Assembly: GCA_041613315.1 (NCBI GenBank)
Contig: JBFJHJ010000002.1
Span: forward strand, 55,756 to 119,755
DNA: 64,000 bases
Direction of reading: 5' to 3'
Origin: Gemmatimonadales bacterium
GTDB lineage: Bacteria > Gemmatimonadota > Gemmatimonadetes > Gemmatimonadales > GWC2-71-9
The translations under genes were made by a program, and so were the position numbers. Under the pieces are notes generated by a model. The model did not search any database. It worked only from the letters and a program-made list of their open reading frames with translations, and was not told the DNA's origin. This document shows, piece after piece, positions 37,661 through 46,197 of this stretch. Positions within the stretch are counted from its first letter, which is position 1; the number at the start of each line of letters is the position of its first letter.

Positions 37661-38542
37661 ATGGACGCGGCGGCACGGTTTCTCCAGCGCGCCCGCGAGA
37701 TCTTCAGCTATCCACTCTTCACGCTGGGATCGGCCCAGTTCACGCTCTGGACGTTCGCCTATCTCATCGGGCTTTCGGCCCTGCTCGTGTACCTGACCGG
37801 CAAGCTCCGCTCCTGGCTGGTGGACAGCTTCCTCGCGCGGCGGGACGTCGACCTCGGTGTGCGTCAGGCGATCGGGACCATCGTCCGATACGCCATCATC
37901 GCTCTCGGATTCGTCATCATCGTCCAATCCGCCGGCATCGACCTGAGCGCCCTCACCGTCCTCGCCGGCGCGCTCGGCGTCGGGCTTGGCTTCGGCCTGC
38001 AGAACATCATCAACAACTTCGTGAGCGGTCTGATCATTCTGTTCGAGCGTCCCATCAAGGTGGGCGATCGCGTCGATGTGGGGAACCTACGGGGGAACGT
38101 GGTCGACATCTCCGCCCGAGCGACGACCATCATCACCAACGACAACATCGCGATCATCGTGCCAAACTCCGAGTTCATCTCCTCGCGGGTGACCAACTGG
38201 AGCTACGCCGACGCGAAGGTACGGTTCAGCGTTCCCGTGGGCGTCGCCTATGGGACCGACCCGGAACGCGTGCGGCGGGTGTTGCTCGAGGTGGCGAAGG
38301 GCCACAACGGCGTGCTCGCGGACCCCGCGCCGGACGTCATGTTCGAGGAGTTCGGCGACAGCTCCCTCAACTTCACGCTCCGAGTGTGGACGACGGAGTA
38401 TACGACGCGGCCGCGCGTCCTCCGGAGCGAGCTCAACTTCCAGATCGCCCAGGCGTTCCGAGCGGAGAAGATCGAGATCCCGTTCCCCCAACGGGACATT
38501 CACATCAAGAGCGGCGTGCCGCCCATCACGCGCGCCGAGTAA
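37661..38542 (+). CDS. mscS: Small-conductance mechanosensitive channel
   Basis: GVGLGFGLQ..NFVSG, PIKVGD, IVPNS, IEIPFPQRD. Confidence 0.92.
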   Translation: MDAAARFLQRAREIFSYPLFTLGSAQFTLWTFAYLIGLSALLVYLTGKLRSWLVDSFLARRDVDLGVRQAIGTIVRYAIIALGFVIIVQSAGIDLSALTVLAGALGVGLGFGLQNIINNFVSGLIILFERPIKVGDRVDVGNLRGNVVDISARATTIITNDNIAIIVPNSEFISSRVTNWSYADAKVRFSVPVGVAYGTDPERVRRVLLEVAKGHNGVLADPAPDVMFEEFGDSSLNFTLRVWTTEYTTRPRVLRSELNFQIAQAFRAEKIEIPFPQRDIHIKSGVPPITRAE

Positions 38543-38548
38543 CGTCGC

Positions 38549-40342
38549 GTGGCCAAGGACCTCCTCCTCGGACTCACCGGGATCATCGTGCTCGGGATCG
38601 GGGCCCAATGGGTCTCGTGGCGCCTTCGCCTCCCGGCCATTCTCGCGCTGTTGGTCGCCGGGTTCCTGGCCGGGCCCGTCGCCGGTGTGATCGATCCCGA
38701 TGCGCTCATGGGCGAGGTCCTCTTCCCGTTCGTGTCGCTCGCCGTAGCCATCATCTTGTTCGAGGGGGGCCTGAGTCTCAACACGGCCGAGCTTCGGGAG
38801 ATCGGCCGCGTCGTTCGCAACCTGATCGTGTGGCAGGTGGCGCTCACCTGGGTCGCGGCCACCGCTCTGGCGGTGATGCTGCTCGATCTCAGCTTCGCGC
38901 TCGCCTCGCTGTTCGGCGCGATCCTCACCGTCACCGGTCCCACCGTGATCGTCCCACTCCTGCGCCACATTCGCCCCGAGGGTCGGATCGGGTCGCTAGT
39001 CAAGTGGGAGGGGATCGTGAACGATCCCATCGGCGCGATCCTCGCGGTGCTCGTCTTCGAGGCGATTCGCGCCGGCGGGTTCCAGGAAGGCATCGCCGTC
39101 ACGGCGCTGGGCGTGCTCAAGGCCGGACTCCTGGGCGGCGCGATGGGGCTCGCCGGTGCGGGGTTCATCGTCATCGTGCTCAAGCGGCACTGGATCCCGG
39201 ACTATCTCCAGAACCCGATGGCGTTGGCCCTCGTGTTGGCCGTCTTCAGCGCATCCAATCTGGTGCAGGCCGAGTCGGGGCTCTTGGCGGTCACCCTCAT
39301 GGGGGTAGCCCTCGCCAGTCAGCGCGTGGTGACGCTTCGCCACATTGTCGAGTTCAAGGAGAACCTCCGGGTCCTGCTCATCTCGGTGTTGTTCATCGTG
39401 CTCGCGGCGCGGCTGCCGCTCACGGACGCGGATTACACGAGCACCGGCAGCCTTCTCTTCCTCGCGGCACTCATCCTTTTCGTTCGCCCCGCGGTCGTGG
39501 CGCTCGCCACTCTGCGCTCCAGCTTCACGTGGCGAGAGCGAGCGTTTCTCGCCGTCATGGCACCGCGCGGGATCGTCGCCGCCTCGGTCGCTTCGCTCTT
39601 CGCGCTCCAGCTCGAGGACGGCTTGCCGGAGGCGACCCGCCTCATCCCGCTCACCTTTCTCGTGATCGGGGGGACGGTGACGGTCTACGGACTGTCGGCA
39701 CCGTGGGTCGCACGGTGGCTGCGGCTCGCCACACCGAACCCCCAGGGTATCGTGATGGTCGGAGTAGCGTCCTGGGCGCGGGCGGCGGCGAAGGCCCTCA
39801 TCGGACAAGGGGTCAAGGTCGTCCTGGTGGACTCCAACTGGGGTAACGTCACCGCCGCGCGCAACGCCGGTCTCAAGACGTACTACGCCAATTTTCTCAC
39901 CGAGCGGACGATGGACGAGATGGAGCTCGCCGGCATCGGCCGGCTCCTCGCCGTGACCCCCAACGATGAAGTGAACACCCTTGCCGCCCTCCACGTTGGC
40001 GGGTTGTTCCCGCGCTCCCACGTCTACCAGCTCGCCCCCGAAGGCGAAGCCCGCGGGGGGCGGCACCGCACGATACCGCCGCACCTGAGCGGCCGGATCC
40101 TCTTCGGGAAAGAGGTCACCCACGCACTCCTCACCGAGCGCCACCGGACCGGATGGGTGATCAAGACAGACCGGCTCACCAACGAGTTCGACTTCAGCGC
40201 GTTTCGTTCCCGATACGGAGAGACCGCCATCCCGCTCTTCGCGATCCGGGAGTCGGGGGAGGTGCTGGTGTTCACCGCCGACACACCGCCGACACCCAAG
40301 CCGGGCCACGTCCTCGTGAGCCTCGTCGACCCCAAGGCGTGA
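38549..40342 (+). CDS. CPA1/NhaP-type cation:proton antiporter with C-terminal RCK-like domain
   Basis: ILFEGGL, TGPTVI, WEGIVNDP, APRGIVAA; soluble C-terminal domain. Confidence 0.9.
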   Translation: MAKDLLLGLTGIIVLGIGAQWVSWRLRLPAILALLVAGFLAGPVAGVIDPDALMGEVLFPFVSLAVAIILFEGGLSLNTAELREIGRVVRNLIVWQVALTWVAATALAVMLLDLSFALASLFGAILTVTGPTVIVPLLRHIRPEGRIGSLVKWEGIVNDPIGAILAVLVFEAIRAGGFQEGIAVTALGVLKAGLLGGAMGLAGAGFIVIVLKRHWIPDYLQNPMALALVLAVFSASNLVQAESGLLAVTLMGVALASQRVVTLRHIVEFKENLRVLLISVLFIVLAARLPLTDADYTSTGSLLFLAALILFVRPAVVALATLRSSFTWRERAFLAVMAPRGIVAASVASLFALQLEDGLPEATRLIPLTFLVIGGTVTVYGLSAPWVARWLRLATPNPQGIVMVGVASWARAAAKALIGQGVKVVLVDSNWGNVTAARNAGLKTYYANFLTERTMDEMELAGIGRLLAVTPNDEVNTLAALHVGGLFPRSHVYQLAPEGEARGGRHRTIPPHLSGRILFGKEVTHALLTERHRTGWVIKTDRLTNEFDFSAFRSRYGETAIPLFAIRESGEVLVFTADTPPTPKPGHVLVSLVDPKA

Positions 40343-40387
40343 CCCCTAAGGAACCTGCACGGCGTTTCACCGGTTCCTCCAGGTACG

Positions 40388-41488
40388 ATGAGCACCACGA
40401 TCCGTCTCGCTACGTGCCTGCTGCTCGCGGGCCCGGTCTGCAGCCCGGCCCGCGCGCAGGTCGATCATTGGAAGACCGATTTCACGAAGCACACGGTGCC
40501 GCTCGGCGAGATCCTCTCCGGCGGACCGCCCAAGGACGGCATCCCCGCCATCGACCGCCCCCGCTTCGTATCCGTCCGGGAGGCGGATCGCTGGCTCGAC
40601 AACCGCGAACCGGTCGTGGCGGTGTCCCTCAACGGCGAGACCAAGGCCTACCCGCTCCAGATCCTCATGTGGCACGAGATCGTAAACGACGCGGTGGGTG
40701 ACGTGCCCGTGAGCGTCACCTTCTGCCCCCTGTGCAACACCGCCCTCGCCTTCGACCGCCGTGTCGACGACCGGATTCTGGACTTCGGAACCACGGGCCG
40801 CCTCCGTCACTCGGACCTCGTAATGTATGATCGCCAGACGGAGAGCTGGTGGCAGCAGGCGACCGGCGAGGGGATCGTGGGCGAGTACGCCGGCCGCCGG
40901 CTCACCTTCATCAGCGCGCCGCTGGTCAGCTGGACGGCGTTCAGGGCGGCCTATCCCGACGGACGCGTACTGTCACGCGACACCGGCTTCCGGCGCGACT
41001 ACGGTGAGAATCCCTACGTCCGCTACGATCAGCGGGGGCCCTACCCACATTTCTTCCGCATCGGGATCGACAAGCAGTTACCGGCAATGGAACGCGTCGT
41101 CGCCCTACCAGCGACCCAAGAGCCGGTCGCTTTTCCCTTCTCGGTGCTCGAGAAGAAGCGCGTCGTGAACGACGAGGTGGACGGACAGCCCATCGCCGTC
41201 TTCTGGGCCCCCGGCACCGCGAGCGCGCTGGACGACCGGCGCATCGACCGAGGACGCGACGTAGGATCGAGCGGCGTGTTCCGCCGGCGGATCGGGGCTC
41301 GCACCCTCACCTTCGAACCGGCCGGCGACGGGCGGTTCCGCGACCGCGAGACCGGCTCGGTCTGGGATATCCTGGGGCGCGGCCTGGACGGCCCCCTGGT
41401 CGGGAAGGCCCTTGAACCGGTCCAGCACGGCAACCACTTTTGGTTCGCCTGGGCGGTGTTCAAGCCGGAGACGCGTATCGCCCGGTAG
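40388..41488 (+). CDS. DUF3179 family secreted protein (CxxC)
   Basis: SGGPPKDGIPAID, WHEIVND, TFCPLCNT, MYDRQTESWW, FWFAW. Confidence 0.9.
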   Translation: MSTTIRLATCLLLAGPVCSPARAQVDHWKTDFTKHTVPLGEILSGGPPKDGIPAIDRPRFVSVREADRWLDNREPVVAVSLNGETKAYPLQILMWHEIVNDAVGDVPVSVTFCPLCNTALAFDRRVDDRILDFGTTGRLRHSDLVMYDRQTESWWQQATGEGIVGEYAGRRLTFISAPLVSWTAFRAAYPDGRVLSRDTGFRRDYGENPYVRYDQRGPYPHFFRIGIDKQLPAMERVVALPATQEPVAFPFSVLEKKRVVNDEVDGQPIAVFWAPGTASALDDRRIDRGRDVGSSGVFRRRIGARTLTFEPAGDGRFRDRETGSVWDILGRGLDGPLVGKALEPVQHGNHFWFAWAVFKPETRIAR

Positions 41489-41515
41489 GAAGCCCCTCAC
41501 CCACAGGAGCGTCAC

Positions 41516-41983
41516 ATGCCGACACCCTCCACGCCGCCGGCGCGCACGTTGGCGCTGGCGCTGGCGATCCTCCGTATCTCTCTGGGCGGATTCCTGCTGA
41601 TCTGGGCGCTCGAGAAGTTTGCGGTGCCCCAGGGCACCGTCGGCATCTGGAAGACGTTCTACCTGATCCCGATCGGGCCCAGCGTGCCGTACGTGATCGG
41701 TGCGGTCGAGACCGCGCTCGCGATAGCCATCATCGTTGGCCTGTGGCGCAAGTGGTCGTACGGGATCGGACTCGTCCTGCACGCGATCTCCGTAGCCGCG
41801 ACGTGGAAGCAGCTCATCGATCCCTGGGGGCTCTACCTGTTCGAACGCCCGCAGCACCTGTTCCTGGCGGGCGTCCCTGTGCTCGCCGCGTTCGTCACGC
41901 TCTACATGCTGCGCGAGTGGGATACCTGGACGCTCGACGGTCGGCGGGCTGCGGCTGGGGGCGCCGCCGCGGGAGCGTTCTGA
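41516..41983 (+). CDS. DoxX family membrane protein
   Basis: LRISLG..W..EK, GAVE..L..IIVG; four TM segments. Confidence 0.75.
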   Translation: MPTPSTPPARTLALALAILRISLGGFLLIWALEKFAVPQGTVGIWKTFYLIPIGPSVPYVIGAVETALAIAIIVGLWRKWSYGIGLVLHAISVAATWKQLIDPWGLYLFERPQHLFLAGVPVLAAFVTLYMLREWDTWTLDGRRAAAGGAAAGAF

Positions 41984-42066
41984 GAGCGGAGTGCGCGGCC
42001 GGCCGTGCCAGGATCCGGCACGACAGCCGTGTGTGGTTCGAGGACGCGGGCCGTCGTCGAACGGAC

Positions 42067-43665
42067 TCAGTGGCCGGCGTGCCGATGGCCGCCGGAGCGT
42101 TCGTCGCCTTTCCGCTCATCCAACAGCTCCGACGGCGCGCCCCGCTCCAGCTCCGCCACGACAACGGCCCGGATCCCGGCGATCTGCTCCGCGCCTGCAA
42201 ACCCGATCCAGCGCTGCACGACACGGCCCTCGCGGTCGAGCAGGACCGTGAACGGCAGGCCGACATAGTGATACGCCGTCTTGAGCTTCCCTCGACCCAA
42301 GAGCACGGGAAAGTCGAAGCCGGACGCCTCGAGGAACGCCCGCGCGTCCCCGACGTGGATGTCCTCGTTCATCGTGAGGAACTGGAACGCGGGATCCGCG
42401 ATGCCCCGGCGCAGGCTGTCGAGCGCCGGCATCTCGACCCGGCACGGGCCGCACCAGCTCGCCCAGAAGTTGATCAGCACCACGCGGCCGGCGACCGAAT
42501 CGGTGGTCAGTCGGCCGCCGCCCAACCGCTCCAGATCGAACGGCCGAAACACCTCCCGCTCGGCGGGCGCCACCCCCGTGAGCAGTGTGAAGGGATCGAG
42601 CTGATAGACGCGCCCGTCCGCGTCGGCCGCCAGCGTCGGCAGTGGGGACGCGAGCCGCGCCGAACGGAGGAGCGCACCGGTGAGCGGGTCGTACACGTCG
42701 ACGCGACTCTCGGAGGTCGTGCGTCCCGGCAGGCTCAGGACGTAGAGGCGTCCGTCGGCTCCGGGCGCTAGGCCGAGGTTGACCGGTGCGTAGTCGATGG
42801 TCGGGCCTGCGGGGCCGATCTCGAAGCGGGGCTCCGGCGTGCTTTGAGGGAGCCCCCGATGCGCGACCCAGAGCGTGTCGCCGGCCCGCGACAGCGCCAC
42901 GACCTCATCTCGAATAAAGGGGGCGTAGAAGATCGAACGGTCAGAGACGGCCAGGTGGCCGGCGTTGCCCAGCTCCGCGAGGAGGATGTGCTCGGGGAGA
43001 CGGACGGCACCCAGGGGCTGCACGCCCCCCGCCGAGTCGACGTAGAGCAGCAGCGGGTCGGTCGCGGTCGCCAGTCGGTATGCGAACAACGCGGTGGAGC
43101 GCACCAGCCACGCGCCGCCCGACGGATCCGCGACGGCGGCGGGGTAGTCGAACGGCGTCGCCACCTCACCACGGAGCCGTCCGTCGGGGCCGGTCCGGAG
43201 GACCTCGCCCTGGGAGCCCACGACCCAGAACCCACCTCCACGAGCGGCGGCGACACTGATGGGGACGTGCCCCTCCAGTCGAAGCGACAACCGCCGGGGG
43301 GCGAGCCGGCGGTCGAAGCGCACGACGCCGCCGGTTCCGTCGAGGGTGACGACACCGCCATCGTCCGTCGGCGACACCGCCCGGCCCTGGAACCACAGGA
43401 GTCGGGCCGGCCGGTCGGGGACGAGCGTGTCGAGGACGAGGCGCTCGGATGCCTCCGACTGGAACACGTGGCGTACTCCGCCGATCACCGACTCGGCGGG
43501 CGCCGCCCCGAGCGGATTCGGAACGGCAGCGGGCCCGCGGACGGGCCGGTCGCGCTCAACGAGTGCGGCGTACGCCAGACTGGCGACGACCGCCAGCCCG
43601 GCGGCGACCAACGCGGGCCGGCCGAAACGCCGGCCCGCGCCTGCGACACGGGACGCCACGGTCAC
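42067..43665 (-). CDS. Membrane-anchored beta-propeller fused to a TlpA/ResA thioredoxin
   Basis: N-terminal TM, blade-like repeats, NFWASWCGPCRVEMP, GLPFTVLLDREG. Confidence 0.82.
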   Translation of the reverse strand: MTVASRVAGAGRRFGRPALVAAGLAVVASLAYAALVERDRPVRGPAAVPNPLGAAPAESVIGGVRHVFQSEASERLVLDTLVPDRPARLLWFQGRAVSPTDDGGVVTLDGTGGVVRFDRRLAPRRLSLRLEGHVPISVAAARGGGFWVVGSQGEVLRTGPDGRLRGEVATPFDYPAAVADPSGGAWLVRSTALFAYRLATATDPLLLYVDSAGGVQPLGAVRLPEHILLAELGNAGHLAVSDRSIFYAPFIRDEVVALSRAGDTLWVAHRGLPQSTPEPRFEIGPAGPTIDYAPVNLGLAPGADGRLYVLSLPGRTTSESRVDVYDPLTGALLRSARLASPLPTLAADADGRVYQLDPFTLLTGVAPAEREVFRPFDLERLGGGRLTTDSVAGRVVLINFWASWCGPCRVEMPALDSLRRGIADPAFQFLTMNEDIHVGDARAFLEASGFDFPVLLGRGKLKTAYHYVGLPFTVLLDREGRVVQRWIGFAGAEQIAGIRAVVVAELERGAPSELLDERKGDERSGGHRHAGH

Positions 43666-44048
43666 ATGCTGATACTGGCGATCTGGATCGCCTTCGCCCC
43701 GCCCGCGTCGAACACGGTGCCCTTGACGGTGACCTTGTGTTCCGCGTGCGGCTTGAGCTGCTCGTTCGCACCGGTACCAGGCATCCCTTCACTCACCGGA
43801 ACGTAGAGCGTGCCGTCCGAGCCGAGAATCGCGAGCGGGATGCCCTTGTCGGCGCACACCTGCGCGCACATCCGGTGGTCGGCGCCTGATAGCCCGTGCG
43901 CGAACTTACAGGATACGTCGATCACCGTGCCGGTGATTGTCGCCTCCTTGCCCTTGGGCGCATCGGCCATCTTCTGCGCCTGCGCCACCTGCGGCAGCGC
44001 CAGCACGAACAAAGCCCCGACGCCCAACATTGCCATGATGCGCTTCAT
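43662..44048 (-). CDS. Small secreted Cys/His protein (hypothetical)
   Basis: GAGGAGG RBS, signal peptide, IDVSC..DHRMCAQVC..GIP, VTVKG. Confidence 0.8.
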   Translation of the reverse strand: MKRIMAMLGVGALFVLALPQVAQAQKMADAPKGKEATITGTVIDVSCKFAHGLSGADHRMCAQVCADKGIPLAILGSDGTLYVPVSEGMPGTGANEQLKPHAEHKVTVKGTVFDAGGAKAIQIASISM

Positions 44049-44247
44049 GCAGCCTCCTCAATGGAGCAGTGAAAGGAATCGCGGTGCGTTGGCGGCCCGG
44101 CGCGGAGTGCGAAGGTCCGCCGGCCGCGAGGGCCAACCGAGAATTTCGGTTCGCGCCGCCCGCGTTGGCATCTGTACAAACCGGTGGGTACGCGCTCGGG
44201 TTCCCGAGGGGAACCGGCGCCGCTGCCACCACGTTCTATAAGAGCCG

Positions 44248-45348
44248 ATGACGACAACCTCGAGCCGACGCTTCCGGTCCCCACCCACGGCCCTGGCCGT
44301 GCTCGCGGCGGCGGGGCTCGCCGCGTGCGCGCAGGATGCGACCGTGGGGCCCCGCGCGCCGGAACTCGAGTGCACGATCCCCACCTCTCGGATCTTCAGT
44401 GGAGGACCCGGACGAGACGGCATTCCCGCACTCACCTTTCCGGACGTCGAGTCGGCCGGAACCGCCACGTTCATGCACGATACGATGCGCGTGATCGCGG
44501 TCGAGAGGAACGGAGCAGCTCGCGCCTACCCGCTCTTCATCCTCTGGTGGCACGAGATCGTCAACGACACGCTGGGCGGGCAGCCGATCGTCGTCAGTTA
44601 CTGCCCGCTCACGGGATCCGGACTGGGGTTCGATCCCGTCCTCAACGGTGTGCGGCACCGATTCGGGGTGTCCGGCCTCCTCTACGAGAACAACCTCATC
44701 ATGTTCGACCGGGAGACCGAGAGCCTGTGGAACCAGCTCCTGCTCGGCGCCCAGTGCGGACCGGCAACGGGCACGGAGCTACCTCGGATCCCGGTCGTCG
44801 AGACCACATGGGCTCAATGGAAGGCGCTCCATGCGGCGCCAACCGTTGTCTCCCCGAACACGGGGCACGTGCGCCCCTACGGCGAGTACCCCTATCGGGA
44901 TTATGCCGATCCGAGCAATCCCGTCACGCTGTTTCCGTCGTCGCCATGGAGTCGAGAACGCCCGCCCAAGGAGCTCGTCCTCGGGATCCGGGAACCCGAC
45001 GGCAGCGCCGTGGCCTATCCCTTCGGGCTGCTGGCCCAGGCCGGCGCCAGCGTGGCGGTGAACGACCGCGTGGGCGGCCGTCCGATCGTGGTCATGTGGC
45101 TCGGTCGGGAGCGGACAGCGTGGGCCTTCGATCGGCGGGTGGGACAGCCAGAATTGGAGTTCGACCTGACCGACGCCGTGCCGTTCACGCTGATGGACCG
45201 CCAGACCGGGTCCACGTGGAACGCCCGCGGCGAAGCGACCGCCGGACCACTCGCCGGTGCGCGGCTCACGCCGGTCGCCGACGCCTACACGCTCTTCTGG
45301 TTCGCGTGGTCGGTCTACTACCCGGAGACGCGGCTGTTCGCCCCATGA
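44248..45348 (+). CDS. DUF3179 family lipoprotein (CxxT)
   Basis: LAAC lipobox; GGPGRDGIPAL, WHEIVND, SYCPLTGS, MFDRETESLW, FWFAW. Confidence 0.9.
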   Translation: MTTTSSRRFRSPPTALAVLAAAGLAACAQDATVGPRAPELECTIPTSRIFSGGPGRDGIPALTFPDVESAGTATFMHDTMRVIAVERNGAARAYPLFILWWHEIVNDTLGGQPIVVSYCPLTGSGLGFDPVLNGVRHRFGVSGLLYENNLIMFDRETESLWNQLLLGAQCGPATGTELPRIPVVETTWAQWKALHAAPTVVSPNTGHVRPYGEYPYRDYADPSNPVTLFPSSPWSRERPPKELVLGIREPDGSAVAYPFGLLAQAGASVAVNDRVGGRPIVVMWLGRERTAWAFDRRVGQPELEFDLTDAVPFTLMDRQTGSTWNARGEATAGPLAGARLTPVADAYTLFWFAWSVYYPETRLFAP

Positions 45349-46190
45349 CATGCCGACTCCTGGCGGTTGGAGCGCTGTTCCTCGTCAGCACCGCCCCGGC
45401 AGCGGCCCAGTGGACGCAGGGAGGCCTGGGTCGGGTCTGGGTAAAGAGCGCTTTCTACTTACAGCAGACCGACCAGGAGTTCGACCTCACGGGCACCAAA
45501 CGGACCGAGCCCACGGGCAAGGCTGCCAATTCGAAGGCCGTCTTTACCGATGTCATCGTGGGAATCCTGCCGGAGTTGGATCTGTGGCTGCAGATCCCGT
45601 TCCTCGATCTGCAGATCACCGGGTCGGGACCGGACCTCCGAAGCACGGGCTTCGGCGACGTGCGGGCGTGGCTCCGCTACCAAGTGGCACGGCTTCACAA
45701 GGGGCAGACGCCGATCGCCTTGCGAATGGGAGTCAAGGCCCCAGTGGGGTTCCAGTCGCTGGACGCCCAGATCGTGCCGATCGGCGAGGGCCAGTGGGAC
45801 CTCGAGTTCTTCGGAGAAATCGGCCACTCCTTCTGGCCGACACCGCTCTACGCGGAACTCTGGCTCGGCTATCGCGCGCGGTTTGCCAACAACACGACGT
45901 TCAAGGACCCCGGCGGCGAGTTCGTCTACCTGGCCGAGGTGGGCGGGAACCCCACGGGAGGGACACTCCTCAAGGCGACGCTGGACGGCTTCGTGGGCCG
46001 GAATTGGACCGTGGAGCGGCTGCCCACGGCGTCGTCACGGCGAATCGTCTCCCTACAACTCGCCGGCGGCGTGAATGTCGTCGGACCGCTGTGGACCGAA
46101 GCCGGGGTCCGCGTGCCCCTCGACGGCAGGAGCTTCGCGGCGGGCCCCCAGTTCGTGGCCGGGCTGAGCGCGGCACTCCGCTTTCGCTAG
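45345..46190 (+). CDS. Putative outer-membrane beta-barrel protein
   Basis: ATGA overlap; signal peptide, amphipathic strands, GFGDV motif, terminal LRFR. Confidence 0.7.
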   Translation: MTCRLLAVGALFLVSTAPAAAQWTQGGLGRVWVKSAFYLQQTDQEFDLTGTKRTEPTGKAANSKAVFTDVIVGILPELDLWLQIPFLDLQITGSGPDLRSTGFGDVRAWLRYQVARLHKGQTPIALRMGVKAPVGFQSLDAQIVPIGEGQWDLEFFGEIGHSFWPTPLYAELWLGYRARFANNTTFKDPGGEFVYLAEVGGNPTGGTLLKATLDGFVGRNWTVERLPTASSRRIVSLQLAGGVNVVGPLWTEAGVRVPLDGRSFAAGPQFVAGLSAALRFR

Positions 46191-46197
46191 GTGCCAC

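Noticed and set aside
37381..39846. 821-aa ORF and similar long alternative-frame or antisense ORFs (e.g. 10728..12485, 49329..51431, 61317..62984)
   Set aside because: They overlap well-supported genes and have Arg/Pro/Gly-rich or antisense-shadow composition expected at this GC content.
44184..45344. Long N-terminal extension of the 44184..46190 ORF (similarly 24872.., 16830.., 19450.., 20163..)
   Set aside because: The extensions overlap other genes; true starts are indicated by RBS, signal peptides or ATGA/GTGA overlaps.
40388..45348. Hidden Sec codons in the DUF3179 or thioredoxin genes
   Set aside because: Both DUF3179 ORFs and the TlpA read through uninterrupted with Cys codons at the motifs.
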